Positions 41,033-50,511 of a DNA stretch of 64,000 bases are shown piece after piece. The stretch is from a virus, in IMG/VR virus record IMGVR_UViG_3300025133_000024, one strand, 5' to 3'. Made by a program: the position numbers and the translations under genes. The stretch's first letter is position 1; every line of letters starts with the position of its first letter. Below the pieces are notes generated by a model that was not told the DNA's origin, searched no databases, and was given only the letters and a program-made list of their open reading frames with translations.

Positions 41033-41453
41033 CTTTCTCCAAAACATAATATTTTGTTTTAAAACCACATTTCTCAAACAGTTTCAAACTTGCTTCATTC
41101 GTGATTTTTACTTTTGCCGAGAATTTTTCTTCCATCTCCAAAAGAGATTTTACCATAAATTCACCAACACCTTTTCCTTTGTGGTCAGGATGAACAGCCA
41201 ACCTTACATCACCATCAATAATTCCAATAAAGCCGACCGGGAAATCTAAAAAACCTTTTTCGTTACTCCATCTCCTCCTAATAAAGCAAATCCAGTAATC
41301 ATCAATATGTTTTTTAAGATATTTTTTTTGCTCTCTGTCCGTTGGAATCTCTTGGTTAACAAAATTTTCAATATTTTCCTTACAATACCTCAAATTCTTG
41401 ATAAAAGACCAATCATTAAATGTACAAGATTTTAACACATACTTACCAGACAT
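41010..41453 (-). CDS. GNAT N-acetyltransferase
   Basis: VHPDHKGKGVG acetyl-CoA motif A, NEASLKLFEKCGF motif B. Confidence 0.88.
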   Translation of the reverse strand: MSGKYVLKSCTFNDWSFIKNLRYCKENIENFVNQEIPTDREQKKYLKKHIDDYWICFIRRRWSNEKGFLDFPVGFIGIIDGDVRLAVHPDHKGKGVGEFMVKSLLEMEEKFSAKVKITNEASLKLFEKCGFKTKYYVLEKDDGNKDT

Positions 41454-42243
41454 CTATCTGCTCTCCATATCTGTTTTTTTCTCCAAACCAATATGCTCTC
41501 AAATAATCTCTTGTATGTTTCCAGCCTTCCATTTTACTACCCAAATAAGGATTCAATGCAGAACCAATATCAAGATAGGTGTTGCTTGGAAACTCCTTAA
41601 AACACTCATAGATAACAAAATTTGACAATGAAGCAGCAGAACACAAAATCAAGTGGTTCTCTATTTTATTGTCTCTTATATAATCTTTAATCTCTTCTGT
41701 TATATCAAAGTTGTTGACCATGCAGTTTGAACCGATGTTAAATCTCTTTTTAACATTAAATGGTAAACCAGATAAATCAGCCCTTTCATTAACCACATAC
41801 AATATATCATATTTAGGAAAAATCTTGGCTACAATTTCTTCAATAAATTTCTTATAATTTGCGTTAATAAAAAGATTGGCAAAAGTTAAGTTACCTTCAT
41901 ATTGCTCATTTGATAACTTAACCTGCAAATCAAAGTCTTCTTCACCAACATCCACTTTACCTGAGAGTCCTTTAAAATATCCCTTTTGGACATACTGTAA
42001 GCACTCTTTTAATTTATTGTGAACATGGGGGTGGTGTTCAGGGTCAAAATGTTTTTGTTCTTCCGGTGTATAAACATTTGCACCGGCTCGTTGACCTGTA
42101 ACAAAAAAATTAGAACCCAAAACAACCCTTTCGTTCTTCAAAATAAAAAGCTCTCCGTCTGAGAACCTTGAAAAGGCGAAGGGTTGTTTTGTTTCTAACT
42201 TATGCTTGAATTTATTAAATTCTTCTTTAAAATCTTTGGACAT
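41443..42243 (-). CDS. GT-D-fold (DUF1792-like) putative glycosyltransferase
   Basis: FAFSRFSDGE resembles the GT-D RFGDGE signature; C-terminal YLDIGS. Confidence 0.6.
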   Translation of the reverse strand: MSKDFKEEFNKFKHKLETKQPFAFSRFSDGELFILKNERVVLGSNFFVTGQRAGANVYTPEEQKHFDPEHHPHVHNKLKECLQYVQKGYFKGLSGKVDVGEEDFDLQVKLSNEQYEGNLTFANLFINANYKKFIEEIVAKIFPKYDILYVVNERADLSGLPFNVKKRFNIGSNCMVNNFDITEEIKDYIRDNKIENHLILCSAASLSNFVIYECFKEFPSNTYLDIGSALNPYLGSKMEGWKHTRDYLRAYWFGEKNRYGEQIDVW

Positions 42244-42252
42244 TTTCTTGCT

Positions 42253-42951
42253 TTATGCGGTCCAGGTTTTGTTATAATCTTCCACAATATCACCATTTAC
42301 AACTTTAATACGACGAACTGTAAATGTACTTTTAACCTTAGGTTTTTGAGCTTGTCCTGGGGGAGTGATGTCCACTTTATGAATTGTCTTTGTTTCAGAC
42401 CTTGGACAAAATGAACATCCATCGCGAGGACCACAATCACAAGTTCTTGTTGTTTGATTTTTTCGATTCAATCGCTCTTTAAGTTTATCAACAGTTTGAG
42501 AAAGGGTTTTTAATTGATTTAAAACTTCTTCTTTTTTCTTGTTAAATTCTTTGGTTTTTGGTCTTTGGGTTCGTTCATAATTTGGCACAACCTTCTCACA
42601 GTTCAAATAACATGGTCCTGCACCAACAGGACAATGGCCACATTTTTCAGAAGCAAGTTTAATGTGACCAGGGTCTACTTGTGATGCATCAAACCTTACC
42701 TTTTCACAATCCAAATCACATGGTTGACCTTCATTTGGACAAAGTGAGCATTTGCTGTGACCAACTTTCATGCTTCCATCTTTAATAGCTTTAGAGATTT
42801 TATCCATTTCTCTTTGCAAAGGTGTTGGCCTTGACAACCACCATGAAACACCGACCACCATTAAAACTGCTGTGGCGCACATTACTAAAGCGGCAACATC
42901 AGCTTGATGAGTTGACATCCAATGTACAATTTGACTTAAAGTTTCTTTCAT
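42253..42951 (-). CDS. Membrane-anchored Cys-repeat protein
   Basis: TM segment VAALVMCATAVLMVVGVSWWL; two C-x2-C-P-x5-C-x3-C-E-K-V repeats and a third CDC...CSFC cluster. Confidence 0.7.
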   Translation of the reverse strand: MKETLSQIVHWMSTHQADVAALVMCATAVLMVVGVSWWLSRPTPLQREMDKISKAIKDGSMKVGHSKCSLCPNEGQPCDLDCEKVRFDASQVDPGHIKLASEKCGHCPVGAGPCYLNCEKVVPNYERTQRPKTKEFNKKKEEVLNQLKTLSQTVDKLKERLNRKNQTTRTCDCGPRDGCSFCPRSETKTIHKVDITPPGQAQKPKVKSTFTVRRIKVVNGDIVEDYNKTWTA

Positions 42952-42965
42952 TTTTGTTTCCTCTT

Positions 42966-44000
42966 TTAAATGATTTTCTTTAAAATTTCGTAAACTTTCT
43001 CAGCCGTATCTCCATCCCCATAAGGGCTAGACATATACTGATAATTTTCAAAGGTTCCTATTGATTTCTCAAATTCTGTTTTTAATTCTTGTGGGTCTTC
43101 AATAAAAGTTGTAAATTCATCAATCCTTTCAGATTCATTTTGTTTTCGACATAAAAATACTTTTTTTCCTAAAAACGTTGACTCTTCTTGAACACCTCCA
43201 CTATCTGTTATAACACACATACAATTAGCAAGTTCTTCAATAAACCCTTCATGATTCAAAGGTTCACATACATTTACCTCCTTAAAGACGTCCTTGTGCT
43301 TTTGAACATTAGGATTCGGATGCATAGGTAATAAAAACTCATATTCAGGGAAAGAAACTGCCAAACCCTCAATAACCTCGAACAACTGCCTCATTATACC
43401 ATGATTCTCCCTGCGATGCAAGGTCACTAGCACTTTTTTTCGGTAACAAGAAGTTTTGGCGTCTCTTATGTTGTTCAAGCAAGTGTTTCCGACAATATGT
43501 TTTTTCCCATCAATTTTTTCAAATTGGAGCTTTGTCACTTCAAACTTTGTTGGACAAAAATGATAATCTGCCATGACCGATATTGAACGACGATAAAATT
43601 CTTCTGGGAAGGGTGACTTATTATTGTTCGTCCTCATTCCGGCTTCCAAATGCAAAATTGGAATTTGCTTGTGAAATGTTGCCAATGCTATCGAAAAAGC
43701 CGATGCAGTGTCACCTTGAACCAAAACATGTGTGACATCTTCCCAAATATCCTTTTGAAAATCAAATTCAGAAACAATCGAACATGTTAAATCATTTAAT
43801 CGATTGGTATGCGACTCATTCCATTCATCTAAATTACCAATTGGCAATGTTATAAAATCATATTCAATCTCATCAACAATATCTTTATGTTGACCAGTAA
43901 ACAAAAGCTTATAAGGAATGTCCCTTTTTTGTTCTAAAATGTTCACAACAGATTTAATTTTCAACCACTCGGGTCGCGTCCCAAAAGATATTAATAACAT
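42966..44000 (-). CDS. wecB: UDP-N-acetylglucosamine 2-epimerase (non-hydrolysing)
   Basis: FGTRPEWLK, TGQH, VQGDT, HLEAGMRT, FPEE, TLHRREN, HPNP, TDSGGVQEE. Confidence 0.95.
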   Translation of the reverse strand: MLLISFGTRPEWLKIKSVVNILEQKRDIPYKLLFTGQHKDIVDEIEYDFITLPIGNLDEWNESHTNRLNDLTCSIVSEFDFQKDIWEDVTHVLVQGDTASAFSIALATFHKQIPILHLEAGMRTNNNKSPFPEEFYRRSISVMADYHFCPTKFEVTKLQFEKIDGKKHIVGNTCLNNIRDAKTSCYRKKVLVTLHRRENHGIMRQLFEVIEGLAVSFPEYEFLLPMHPNPNVQKHKDVFKEVNVCEPLNHEGFIEELANCMCVITDSGGVQEESTFLGKKVFLCRKQNESERIDEFTTFIEDPQELKTEFEKSIGTFENYQYMSSPYGDGDTAEKVYEILKKII

Positions 44001-44753
44001 TTATTAAACCATTTCGCTTTTATAAACCGACATCATTTTCCTAACTTCATGTGCGGATAATTCTTTTACTTGTCTCAAAATTTCCTTTCTTTTTTCAGGT
44101 CCATGTTTTTTTACAGCAAGTTTTATTAATAAACGACGGCTATCTTCAGGCATATCTGAAAGGGCATTATTTCTACGCAAAAATTTCATCATTTTGTTAC
44201 CTGTCATCACAACATCCTGTGTTGTGCTTCCTTCAAAATAATAATCTCCTGGTTCAGTTGTCATTGGGTGTGTCTCATAATAACCCATATCTTTATATCC
44301 AGGATTTCGCCTCCAAGAACTATAATCATCATAATCACCAACTTCAATATCGTGAAATATAATTAACATCCCATATTCTTTTACCATATCTTCCGTAACA
44401 TCGTTCATATATATACCAAGTTTTTTGCCAATATGAAATCTCATAGCACCAACACACTTATCTAGCTCTTTCTTGTCTGCCGCAAAAATTAACTCGTATT
44501 TTCCACAACCTCCAAGTTCTTCATCTTCAAAATCTATTGAGCACCCATAGGCGTCTTTTACCCAATCACCTATATCACCTATAACTCCAATATCTTCAAT
44601 TGATTTTTTATAATCAGTTATTGTTCCATGATAAAGATGTCTCTCATTACCCTCCTCAGATAAAATAAATTTATTCCATTCCGATATAAAACTTTTTTTT
44701 GAATTCATTTAGGTTTATCCTCTTTTCGTCCCAAAAGATATTAATAGCATTTA
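43977..44753. repeat. 27-bp direct repeat of the wecB translation start bracketing the 44004-44708 gene
   Basis: cgtcccaaaagatattaata(a/g)cattta at 43977-44003 and 44727-44753, 1 synonymous mismatch; the upstream copy encodes the stub MLLISFGTKRG* (44715-44750). Confidence 0.9.
44004..44708 (-). CDS. Hypothetical protein, possible ADP-ribosyltransferase-like fold, with leader motif
   Basis: MNSKKSFISEWNKFILSEE leader; HLYHGT first-strand motif; LIFAA and EPGDYY segments. The fold assignment is an inference. Confidence 0.4.
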   Translation of the reverse strand: MNSKKSFISEWNKFILSEEGNERHLYHGTITDYKKSIEDIGVIGDIGDWVKDAYGCSIDFEDEELGGCGKYELIFAADKKELDKCVGAMRFHIGKKLGIYMNDVTEDMVKEYGMLIIFHDIEVGDYDDYSSWRRNPGYKDMGYYETHPMTTEPGDYYFEGSTTQDVVMTGNKMMKFLRRNNALSDMPEDSRRLLIKLAVKKHGPEKRKEILRQVKELSAHEVRKMMSVYKSEMV

Positions 44754-44908
44754 CCAAAAATCTCCTCTAACCATTTATCAACTTCATCATCAATTTCATC
44801 CCATTCAACACCTATTGGCTCCAATTCTACAGGTTTATTAATAAATCTCTTTGGAATCTCGAATGTCTCTTACATATGTTTCAACCAATCACTTAAGTTA
44901 TCAAACAT
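44741..44908 (-). pseudogene. Small acidic ORF interrupted by an in-frame TAA
   Basis: MFDNLSDWLKHM*ETFEIPKRFINKPVELEPIGVEWDEIDDEVDKWLEEIFGKCY*; single stop at 44870-44872; overlaps both neighbours in operon style. Confidence 0.55.
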
Positions 44909-45665
44909 TGTTAACTGTTTTCCAGATAGGATAAGGGTGATTTTGAGCTTTTTTAAATTTATTTTTAAATTCTTGGGGCCAATCATTGTTTATATAAGAA
45001 TCTTTATCATTTCTTCCCGGTAAATAAATTGTATATCCATATTCTTTACATAATTTGTAAACTTTATACACAAAATATTCATCAAGGTGTCTAGAAATCT
45101 TAACATCGATATTTGAATTTGGAGTTACTGTAATTCCAATCCTATTTTGCAACAATTTACAAAACAATTCTACGGTTACTTTATCACACAAATTACAAAA
45201 ATCCTCCATTGAATCCTTTTTATCATAACAAATTTGCTTTTTTAATAATATATTTCCATTGTCGATTTTTTCATTAAGTTCAAAAATCGACACTCCCCAT
45301 TCACCTTCTGAAAATAGTTTTCCCCAAACTAAAGACGCTCCTCCTTTCACATCTGGCAACAAAGCGCCATGATTACCAATGACATAAAATTCACTTATAA
45401 TAAACTTAGGAACTATCCTTGAATCACCTGCACACAAAATCACATCAATTTGTTCTGATTTACAAAAAGAATATAAATCTTTCCAGCAATCATTATCAAT
45501 ATATTTAATTTCATTTATTAAACAAAAATCTTTTAAATCAACAGAGTTTGTTTTTTTATTTTTTCTAAAAAGAGGTAAAGCAAAAAGACACACAACTTCT
45601 TTTTTAATATTTTCCAAAAGAAGTTGTGTGAGTTTGGTTTCCCCCGTAACAACTATTTTCCGCAT
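44901..45665 (-). CDS. Formyltransferase (sugar N-formyltransferase/Fmt-like)
   Basis: GNHGALLP (NxH), KGGASLVW, WGVSIF...IDNGNIL (catalytic Asp). Confidence 0.8.
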   Translation of the reverse strand: MRKIVVTGETKLTQLLLENIKKEVVCLFALPLFRKNKKTNSVDLKDFCLINEIKYIDNDCWKDLYSFCKSEQIDVILCAGDSRIVPKFIISEFYVIGNHGALLPDVKGGASLVWGKLFSEGEWGVSIFELNEKIDNGNILLKKQICYDKKDSMEDFCNLCDKVTVELFCKLLQNRIGITVTPNSNIDVKISRHLDEYFVYKVYKLCKEYGYTIYLPGRNDKDSYINNDWPQEFKNKFKKAQNHPYPIWKTVNNV

Positions 45666-46204
45666 ATTGCTTCACACCATCTTTTTGCCATCTCTTTATA
45701 ACCATCATTTGAAAAATGAACACCATCAACATAAAACTTACCCACAGTTGTCATATCTACTACGTAACAACCATGTTCTTCTGCAACATTCTCAATAACT
45801 TTATTATATTCGGAAATATAATTTTTATTATTAAAATAATGTGGAGAAAAACCAAGTTCCGGTAGCAACGCCATAAAGATATTTTTCTTGAAAATTTTTC
45901 CAATTTTAACAAGATACTCTAAATTTTTCTTATAAATATTAGTTGGTATAGGTAATTTAGTGTCATTTGTACCAACCATAATCGTTAGTATTTTAGAATC
46001 ATTGTGCCTCCCAATGTCATTCCAAGCACGGCGACACAAATCTGAACTTGTGTCGCCATTAATGCCATAATTATGACAAACATAAAATTCACCAGTTTGT
46101 TCTTCTAATTTCCTAGATAACTCTACCGGAAATGACAAGCCAAATTCATCCCTGGCTCCATATGTTAAAGAATCTCCAAGACAAACTACTTCATTCCAAA
46201 TCAT
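45653..46204 (-). CDS. SGNH/GDSL hydrolase
   Basis: LGDSLTYG (block I), NYGING (II), VGTND (III), DGVHF (V). Confidence 0.92.
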   Translation of the reverse strand: MIWNEVVCLGDSLTYGARDEFGLSFPVELSRKLEEQTGEFYVCHNYGINGDTSSDLCRRAWNDIGRHNDSKILTIMVGTNDTKLPIPTNIYKKNLEYLVKIGKIFKKNIFMALLPELGFSPHYFNNKNYISEYNKVIENVAEEHGCYVVDMTTVGKFYVDGVHFSNDGYKEMAKRWCEAICGK

Positions 46205-47886
46205 TTATTTTCTCCTACCAAATTCCAATTATTTTTTTTACAAAATTTAACAACAAAATCCCTCTCTGAAAAAAATTGTTCATAAGATTTTATTGTGTTG
46301 TTTGATGTCGCAACTTTATCAACTCCTAACTCATTACCTTTAACACTACCCCACCATCTCTTGTCATTCATAAAATGCGGAGGGACATAAGTCTTAACAT
46401 TACCATATTTTTGAGCAGTATATGATAAAAACATGTCTTCTCCATTGTCCCAAGTAGGAGGTTTTTCTTTCCATAAATGAAGCAAATGGTCCCTTCTTAA
46501 AAACCACCCATGCCCAACATAATCAACTTCTTGAACTTTTTCATTAGAATTGGGCCATCCAACCCTATCATCTATTTTTGATGTTGACAAACGATTATCC
46601 AAATAATATCCAACTGCTCCCATAATTCCATTGTGAGTTTTCATTGTTTTCAGACAATTTTCAAACCAATGAGTTCCAGGGATTGTATCATCATCAAACA
46701 ACGCAACATATTTTGTATCTGTTAACAAAGCTGCCGCAAAACGACCATAAAATTTCCAATTATGATTATTGTCAAAAACTTTTATAGGAATTGAACATTG
46801 AACATCAGAATGAATTTTATAATTTTTGCACCAATTAACAATTTTATCTCGTTCTGTTTTTAAACCATCAGGCATTTTTGAATAATCTGGTTCGTTACAC
46901 CAAACCCAAATTTCTTTTGGTTTTACAGTCTGATTTAAAACAGAACAAATTTGTTCTTTTAGGTTTTGAGGTCTAGCATAAAGATTCAAAATAACTGTAA
47001 TGTCTTCATTGCTTTGAACAATTGTATTAACTTTAACATTTTGAACATTAAAGACTTCTTTCAATTTAGCAACAATTTCCTGTGGTTTTTGTTCCATATA
47101 ATCAATTAAATCTTCTCCTTTGTACTCAGAGAACCATTTTTCATGAATAGCTCCAACATTAGATGACGTTCTTACTTTGACACCTAGCATCCTTGCTTCC
47201 ACAATGACTCTAGATAAAGTCTCTAATGTCTGAGGGAGAAAGAGAAATTCTTTGCAGTTGGAAAGTTGTTCGATAAAAGATTCATAATCACCTTTTATTA
47301 GTCGGAATGGCTTTCCATTTCTGGTACATGTTTCAACAGCCTTTAGCGTTCCTTTATGAGTAATGTTGGAATCCATGATGGCAACAACATCATCACATTG
47401 AACATTCTTAGCGTAGTGTCTGAGGAGGTTGATATGCTCTTTAGACCATAAATTTCCAGCACAATTATAAGTTTTAACTTGTGGAAGATTTTTGTTTAGA
47501 ACTTTTTTGTGCAACTCAGATTGACAAAACACACTTTTAGCATTATTGTATAATTCTTCGTTAATAATTGCATAGTGTGGGGCTTGATAATCTTTAAAAG
47601 CCGATGGATTTCTGTTTTTTAGATATTTGTGGTCATGCTCATAAATAATGTATTCTCTGTTCTTTTTAACATAAAAAATCACTTCCTGTTTAACATTAAT
47701 AAAATTAGAGATAATAATTTTATGTTCAGGAAGTGATTTTAAAAAGTCAAGTGATGCTTCATGTGAACTCATTTTAATAACTTCATGTTTTTGTTCTAGA
47801 AGTTCTTCAATCAAAACATGATTACACATTTCAGCACCACCTAAGACATTGGGATAAAAGAAATCAGAAATAAAAATAAATCTCAT
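46201..47886 (-). CDS. Two-domain glycosyltransferase (GT-B-like N-terminus, GT2 C-terminus)
   Basis: ISDFF...GGAE and ETLSRVIVEARMLG (GT4-like); TVILNLYAR...YVALFDDD (DxD) and NGEDMFLS (GT-A). Confidence 0.8.
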   Translation of the reverse strand: MRFIFISDFFYPNVLGGAEMCNHVLIEELLEQKHEVIKMSSHEASLDFLKSLPEHKIIISNFINVKQEVIFYVKKNREYIIYEHDHKYLKNRNPSAFKDYQAPHYAIINEELYNNAKSVFCQSELHKKVLNKNLPQVKTYNCAGNLWSKEHINLLRHYAKNVQCDDVVAIMDSNITHKGTLKAVETCTRNGKPFRLIKGDYESFIEQLSNCKEFLFLPQTLETLSRVIVEARMLGVKVRTSSNVGAIHEKWFSEYKGEDLIDYMEQKPQEIVAKLKEVFNVQNVKVNTIVQSNEDITVILNLYARPQNLKEQICSVLNQTVKPKEIWVWCNEPDYSKMPDGLKTERDKIVNWCKNYKIHSDVQCSIPIKVFDNNHNWKFYGRFAAALLTDTKYVALFDDDTIPGTHWFENCLKTMKTHNGIMGAVGYYLDNRLSTSKIDDRVGWPNSNEKVQEVDYVGHGWFLRRDHLLHLWKEKPPTWDNGEDMFLSYTAQKYGNVKTYVPPHFMNDKRWWGSVKGNELGVDKVATSNNTIKSYEQFFSERDFVVKFCKKNNWNLVGENK

Positions 47887-47900
47887 CTTTTACCCCTTTT

Positions 47901-48092
47901 TTAGTCTTGTTTGGTAAGTTTTTCCAGAATGAAAACAAGTTTACCAGATTTTTGCCATTCTTTAACTTGATGAACAACATATCCTTGTTGGGCTGCACCA
48001 TTAAGAACATTGGTAACTTCCATTTCATTCCAAGACTTCATGTCAAAAGTCTTTACTGCATACTTTCTTTCGTGTTTCATTTCTCTCTCCAA
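47901..48092 (-). CDS. Small DUF4177-like protein
   Basis: KYAVK...VLNGAAQQGYVVHQV...VFILEK pattern. Confidence 0.5.
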   Translation of the reverse strand: MEREMKHERKYAVKTFDMKSWNEMEVTNVLNGAAQQGYVVHQVKEWQKSGKLVFILEKLTKQD

Positions 48093-48110
48093 TAATATTA
48101 TTTTGTTTTA

Positions 48111-49367
48111 TTAATCGAATTCTACAATATCTTCAGTTTTTTCTTCTACCGAAATACCAAGAGATTCAACAAATTTACGATACATTTTTTGTTGTTCAAA
48201 TTCTACATTCACCCACTCAGCAAGTTCTTCAGCTTTCTCAACATACTTTTCATATTCTTTATAAACTTTTCTGAGGGTCATTTTATAACTACCCGGTTTT
48301 GGAAAAGACCACTGTGAACCTCTTTCCAAAACCCCTTCCCACACATGATGGTCAGCAATTGGAGCAAGGTCATAATCAACCGCTGCAAATAATTGCTGAG
48401 GAGGAGCTTCACCCCTTTTATAAAGAAAATCCAAATGTCCAGACCAATCAACAGCCAAAACAGGAAGTTTGTTTGAAGCTGATTCAAAGGCAGGAAGACC
48501 AAAACCCTCAGCATGTGATAGACTTACAAAACACTTAATCTGAGGGTGAGTGTATAATTCCGATAACTCTTTATCGTTCATGTCCCCATGGAGAAAATAA
48601 ACTTTGCACTTTCTCCCTTCATATTGCTTTAGAAGACCTTTTAACTTTTCTTCTGTATAGGTTCTGTCAATATTAGAATTGTTTGATAAATTAGTTTTAA
48701 CAACCAAACCAACATTTTCATTATCAAAAAACTCTTCAACCCACCAACAGATTGTGTTCTCCAGATTTTTTCTTGGAGACCATTGAGCCACAACCAAAAA
48801 ATTAAAATCTGTTGTTAACTTTAACTTGGAATAATCAAGGTCATCATATGATTTTGCAAGAAGTGTAGGTTCCACAGGATAATTTACAACCTCAATTGGT
48901 GTGCCACATTTCATCATCCCGACAACTTCGTCCTTTTCGTTTCTAACTTGAAGTTTTGTATTTTCAAATGCATATTTTGCATGTTCAGAAACAACAACAA
49001 TTCTGTCAACGACTTCATTTGATTTCTGCATCCATTGCGGAGAAATATGTGTTGTTTCTGTTCCCGCTGTCACTCCAATGTTAACAGGAGCAAGTTTTTC
49101 CCACTCTCCAGGAATTGTCACTTGAATTGACATATCAAATTGACCACCATTGTGAACATAATGATATGTCTCCTGAATCCTTTGGTCAATCCATTTTCTT
49201 TCTATAGTATCTTCCCATAAATAACCTGTTCGACCCCAATTAATATTCATAATATAAATGTCAAACAAATGTTCAAATTCCCTCAACGCTCTTAATACAA
49301 AACGAGCGTTAATTCCGTACCCACTGGTACTTAAGGTTGGCCCACGAACCAAAATTTTTCTTCTCAT
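48111..49367 (-). CDS. GT4-family glycosyltransferase
   Basis: STSGYG, FNFLVVAQWSPRKN, SLSHAEGFGLPAFE, WSGHLDF. Confidence 0.9.
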   Translation of the reverse strand: MRRKILVRGPTLSTSGYGINARFVLRALREFEHLFDIYIMNINWGRTGYLWEDTIERKWIDQRIQETYHYVHNGGQFDMSIQVTIPGEWEKLAPVNIGVTAGTETTHISPQWMQKSNEVVDRIVVVSEHAKYAFENTKLQVRNEKDEVVGMMKCGTPIEVVNYPVEPTLLAKSYDDLDYSKLKLTTDFNFLVVAQWSPRKNLENTICWWVEEFFDNENVGLVVKTNLSNNSNIDRTYTEEKLKGLLKQYEGRKCKVYFLHGDMNDKELSELYTHPQIKCFVSLSHAEGFGLPAFESASNKLPVLAVDWSGHLDFLYKRGEAPPQQLFAAVDYDLAPIADHHVWEGVLERGSQWSFPKPGSYKMTLRKVYKEYEKYVEKAEELAEWVNVEFEQQKMYRKFVESLGISVEEKTEDIVEFD

Positions 49368-49804
49368 TTTTTCTCCATTTTCTTTTCGTAAGTTGTCATT
49401 TCTTTTACAACTTTCATTTTAACAAAAGTTTCATTATTTTTCTCAAGAAACTTCTTGCTTCTTTTTAAAATTAATTCGATTTCTTGTTCACTTGGGCACT
49501 CATTCAGAAATACCCAATAAGACCACCAATGTTTTTTGTTGTCTCCTGACTTGCAAATATTAGAATTAAAAACTTTATGCCCGTTCCATTCTAATATGTC
49601 AAGCCAATCAAGAAAAATACTTTCACCATGTTCATTAACAAACAAAGGACATTCTTCTAAAAAATCAACAAGTTCTTCACCACCGGCTCCACAATCACTC
49701 ATAACGCCTGTTGCATACGAGCATAACTCTCTATGCCATGAACCAGGATATTCTTTAGTTTCAACAATAAAAACATATCTCTCACTATCATGAAAGTCTG
49801 ACAT
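49364..49804 (-). CDS. Hypothetical protein
   Basis: 146-aa coupled ORF. Confidence 0.65.
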   Translation of the reverse strand: MSDFHDSERYVFIVETKEYPGSWHRELCSYATGVMSDCGAGGEELVDFLEECPLFVNEHGESIFLDWLDILEWNGHKVFNSNICKSGDNKKHWWSYWVFLNECPSEQEIELILKRSKKFLEKNNETFVKMKVVKEMTTYEKKMEKK

Positions 49805-50076
49805 TACTTCTCCAATTTCTTTTCATGGTGTTTTTGTCGCGATTGTTCAGATAAAAGTCTCTTTCTCATTTTTTCAAAATCTTTCTTGCCCATGTATTCT
49901 TTCAAAATATCACTAGAAAAAAAAGACTCAATATTATAAGATGGTTTGTCATCGGATGTGTTAGGGTCTTTGATTGCTACAAATACGACTGAGGGGTATA
50001 AATCATAACCCTCTAACATAGGCATTGTTGTTGGGGACGCTAACTTCCATGTATTTTTCTTTCGATGATTCTCCAT
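49804..50076 (-). CDS. Hypothetical protein
   Basis: 90-aa ORF; start uncertain. Confidence 0.55.
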   Translation of the reverse strand: MENHRKKNTWKLASPTTMPMLEGYDLYPSVVFVAIKDPNTSDDKPSYNIESFFSSDILKEYMGKKDFEKMRKRLLSEQSRQKHHEKKLEK

Positions 50077-50497
50077 TTGTTTTTTTCACTCTCTCTAGTT
50101 CAAATTTATTTACATGTTCGGCTCCCAACCAAGGAACAAGTCTGGAAATATCTAATCCAGGTTCATCCTTTATTTGCTTCTTAATTTCATGAAGTGGGTT
50201 GTATCTGTTACTTGATAATATAGGTTTCATCTCCAGCAACTGTTCTCTTGTTTTCTTTCTAAAGGGGTAAAACAACAAAAATTTAACAGTATAAAACAAA
50301 GATACAAAAAATTCAGGAATCAAATAAAAATACAATTTAAATTGTTTAAAATGTTTTCTTTCCATATTATATTGGTGAAATTTTCCGTACCAATATCTCT
50401 TGTATTGTTCTTCTGCGATTTTATCTTCTGAATCCATAATTGAAACTTCAATAGGGCGCATAAAGTTTTTTTCAATGTTGCTTAAATTTTCTGTCAT
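50003..50497 (-). CDS. Hypothetical protein
   Basis: ORF track 50003..50533; the ATG at 50497 removes the overlap with the GT4 gene. Confidence 0.6.
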   Translation of the reverse strand: MTENLSNIEKNFMRPIEVSIMDSEDKIAEEQYKRYWYGKFHQYNMERKHFKQFKLYFYLIPEFFVSLFYTVKFLLFYPFRKKTREQLLEMKPILSSNRYNPLHEIKKQIKDEPGLDISRLVPWLGAEHVNKFELERVKKTNGESSKEKYMEVSVPNNNAYVRGL

Positions 50498-50511
50498 TTC
50501 ATGTCCTCTTT

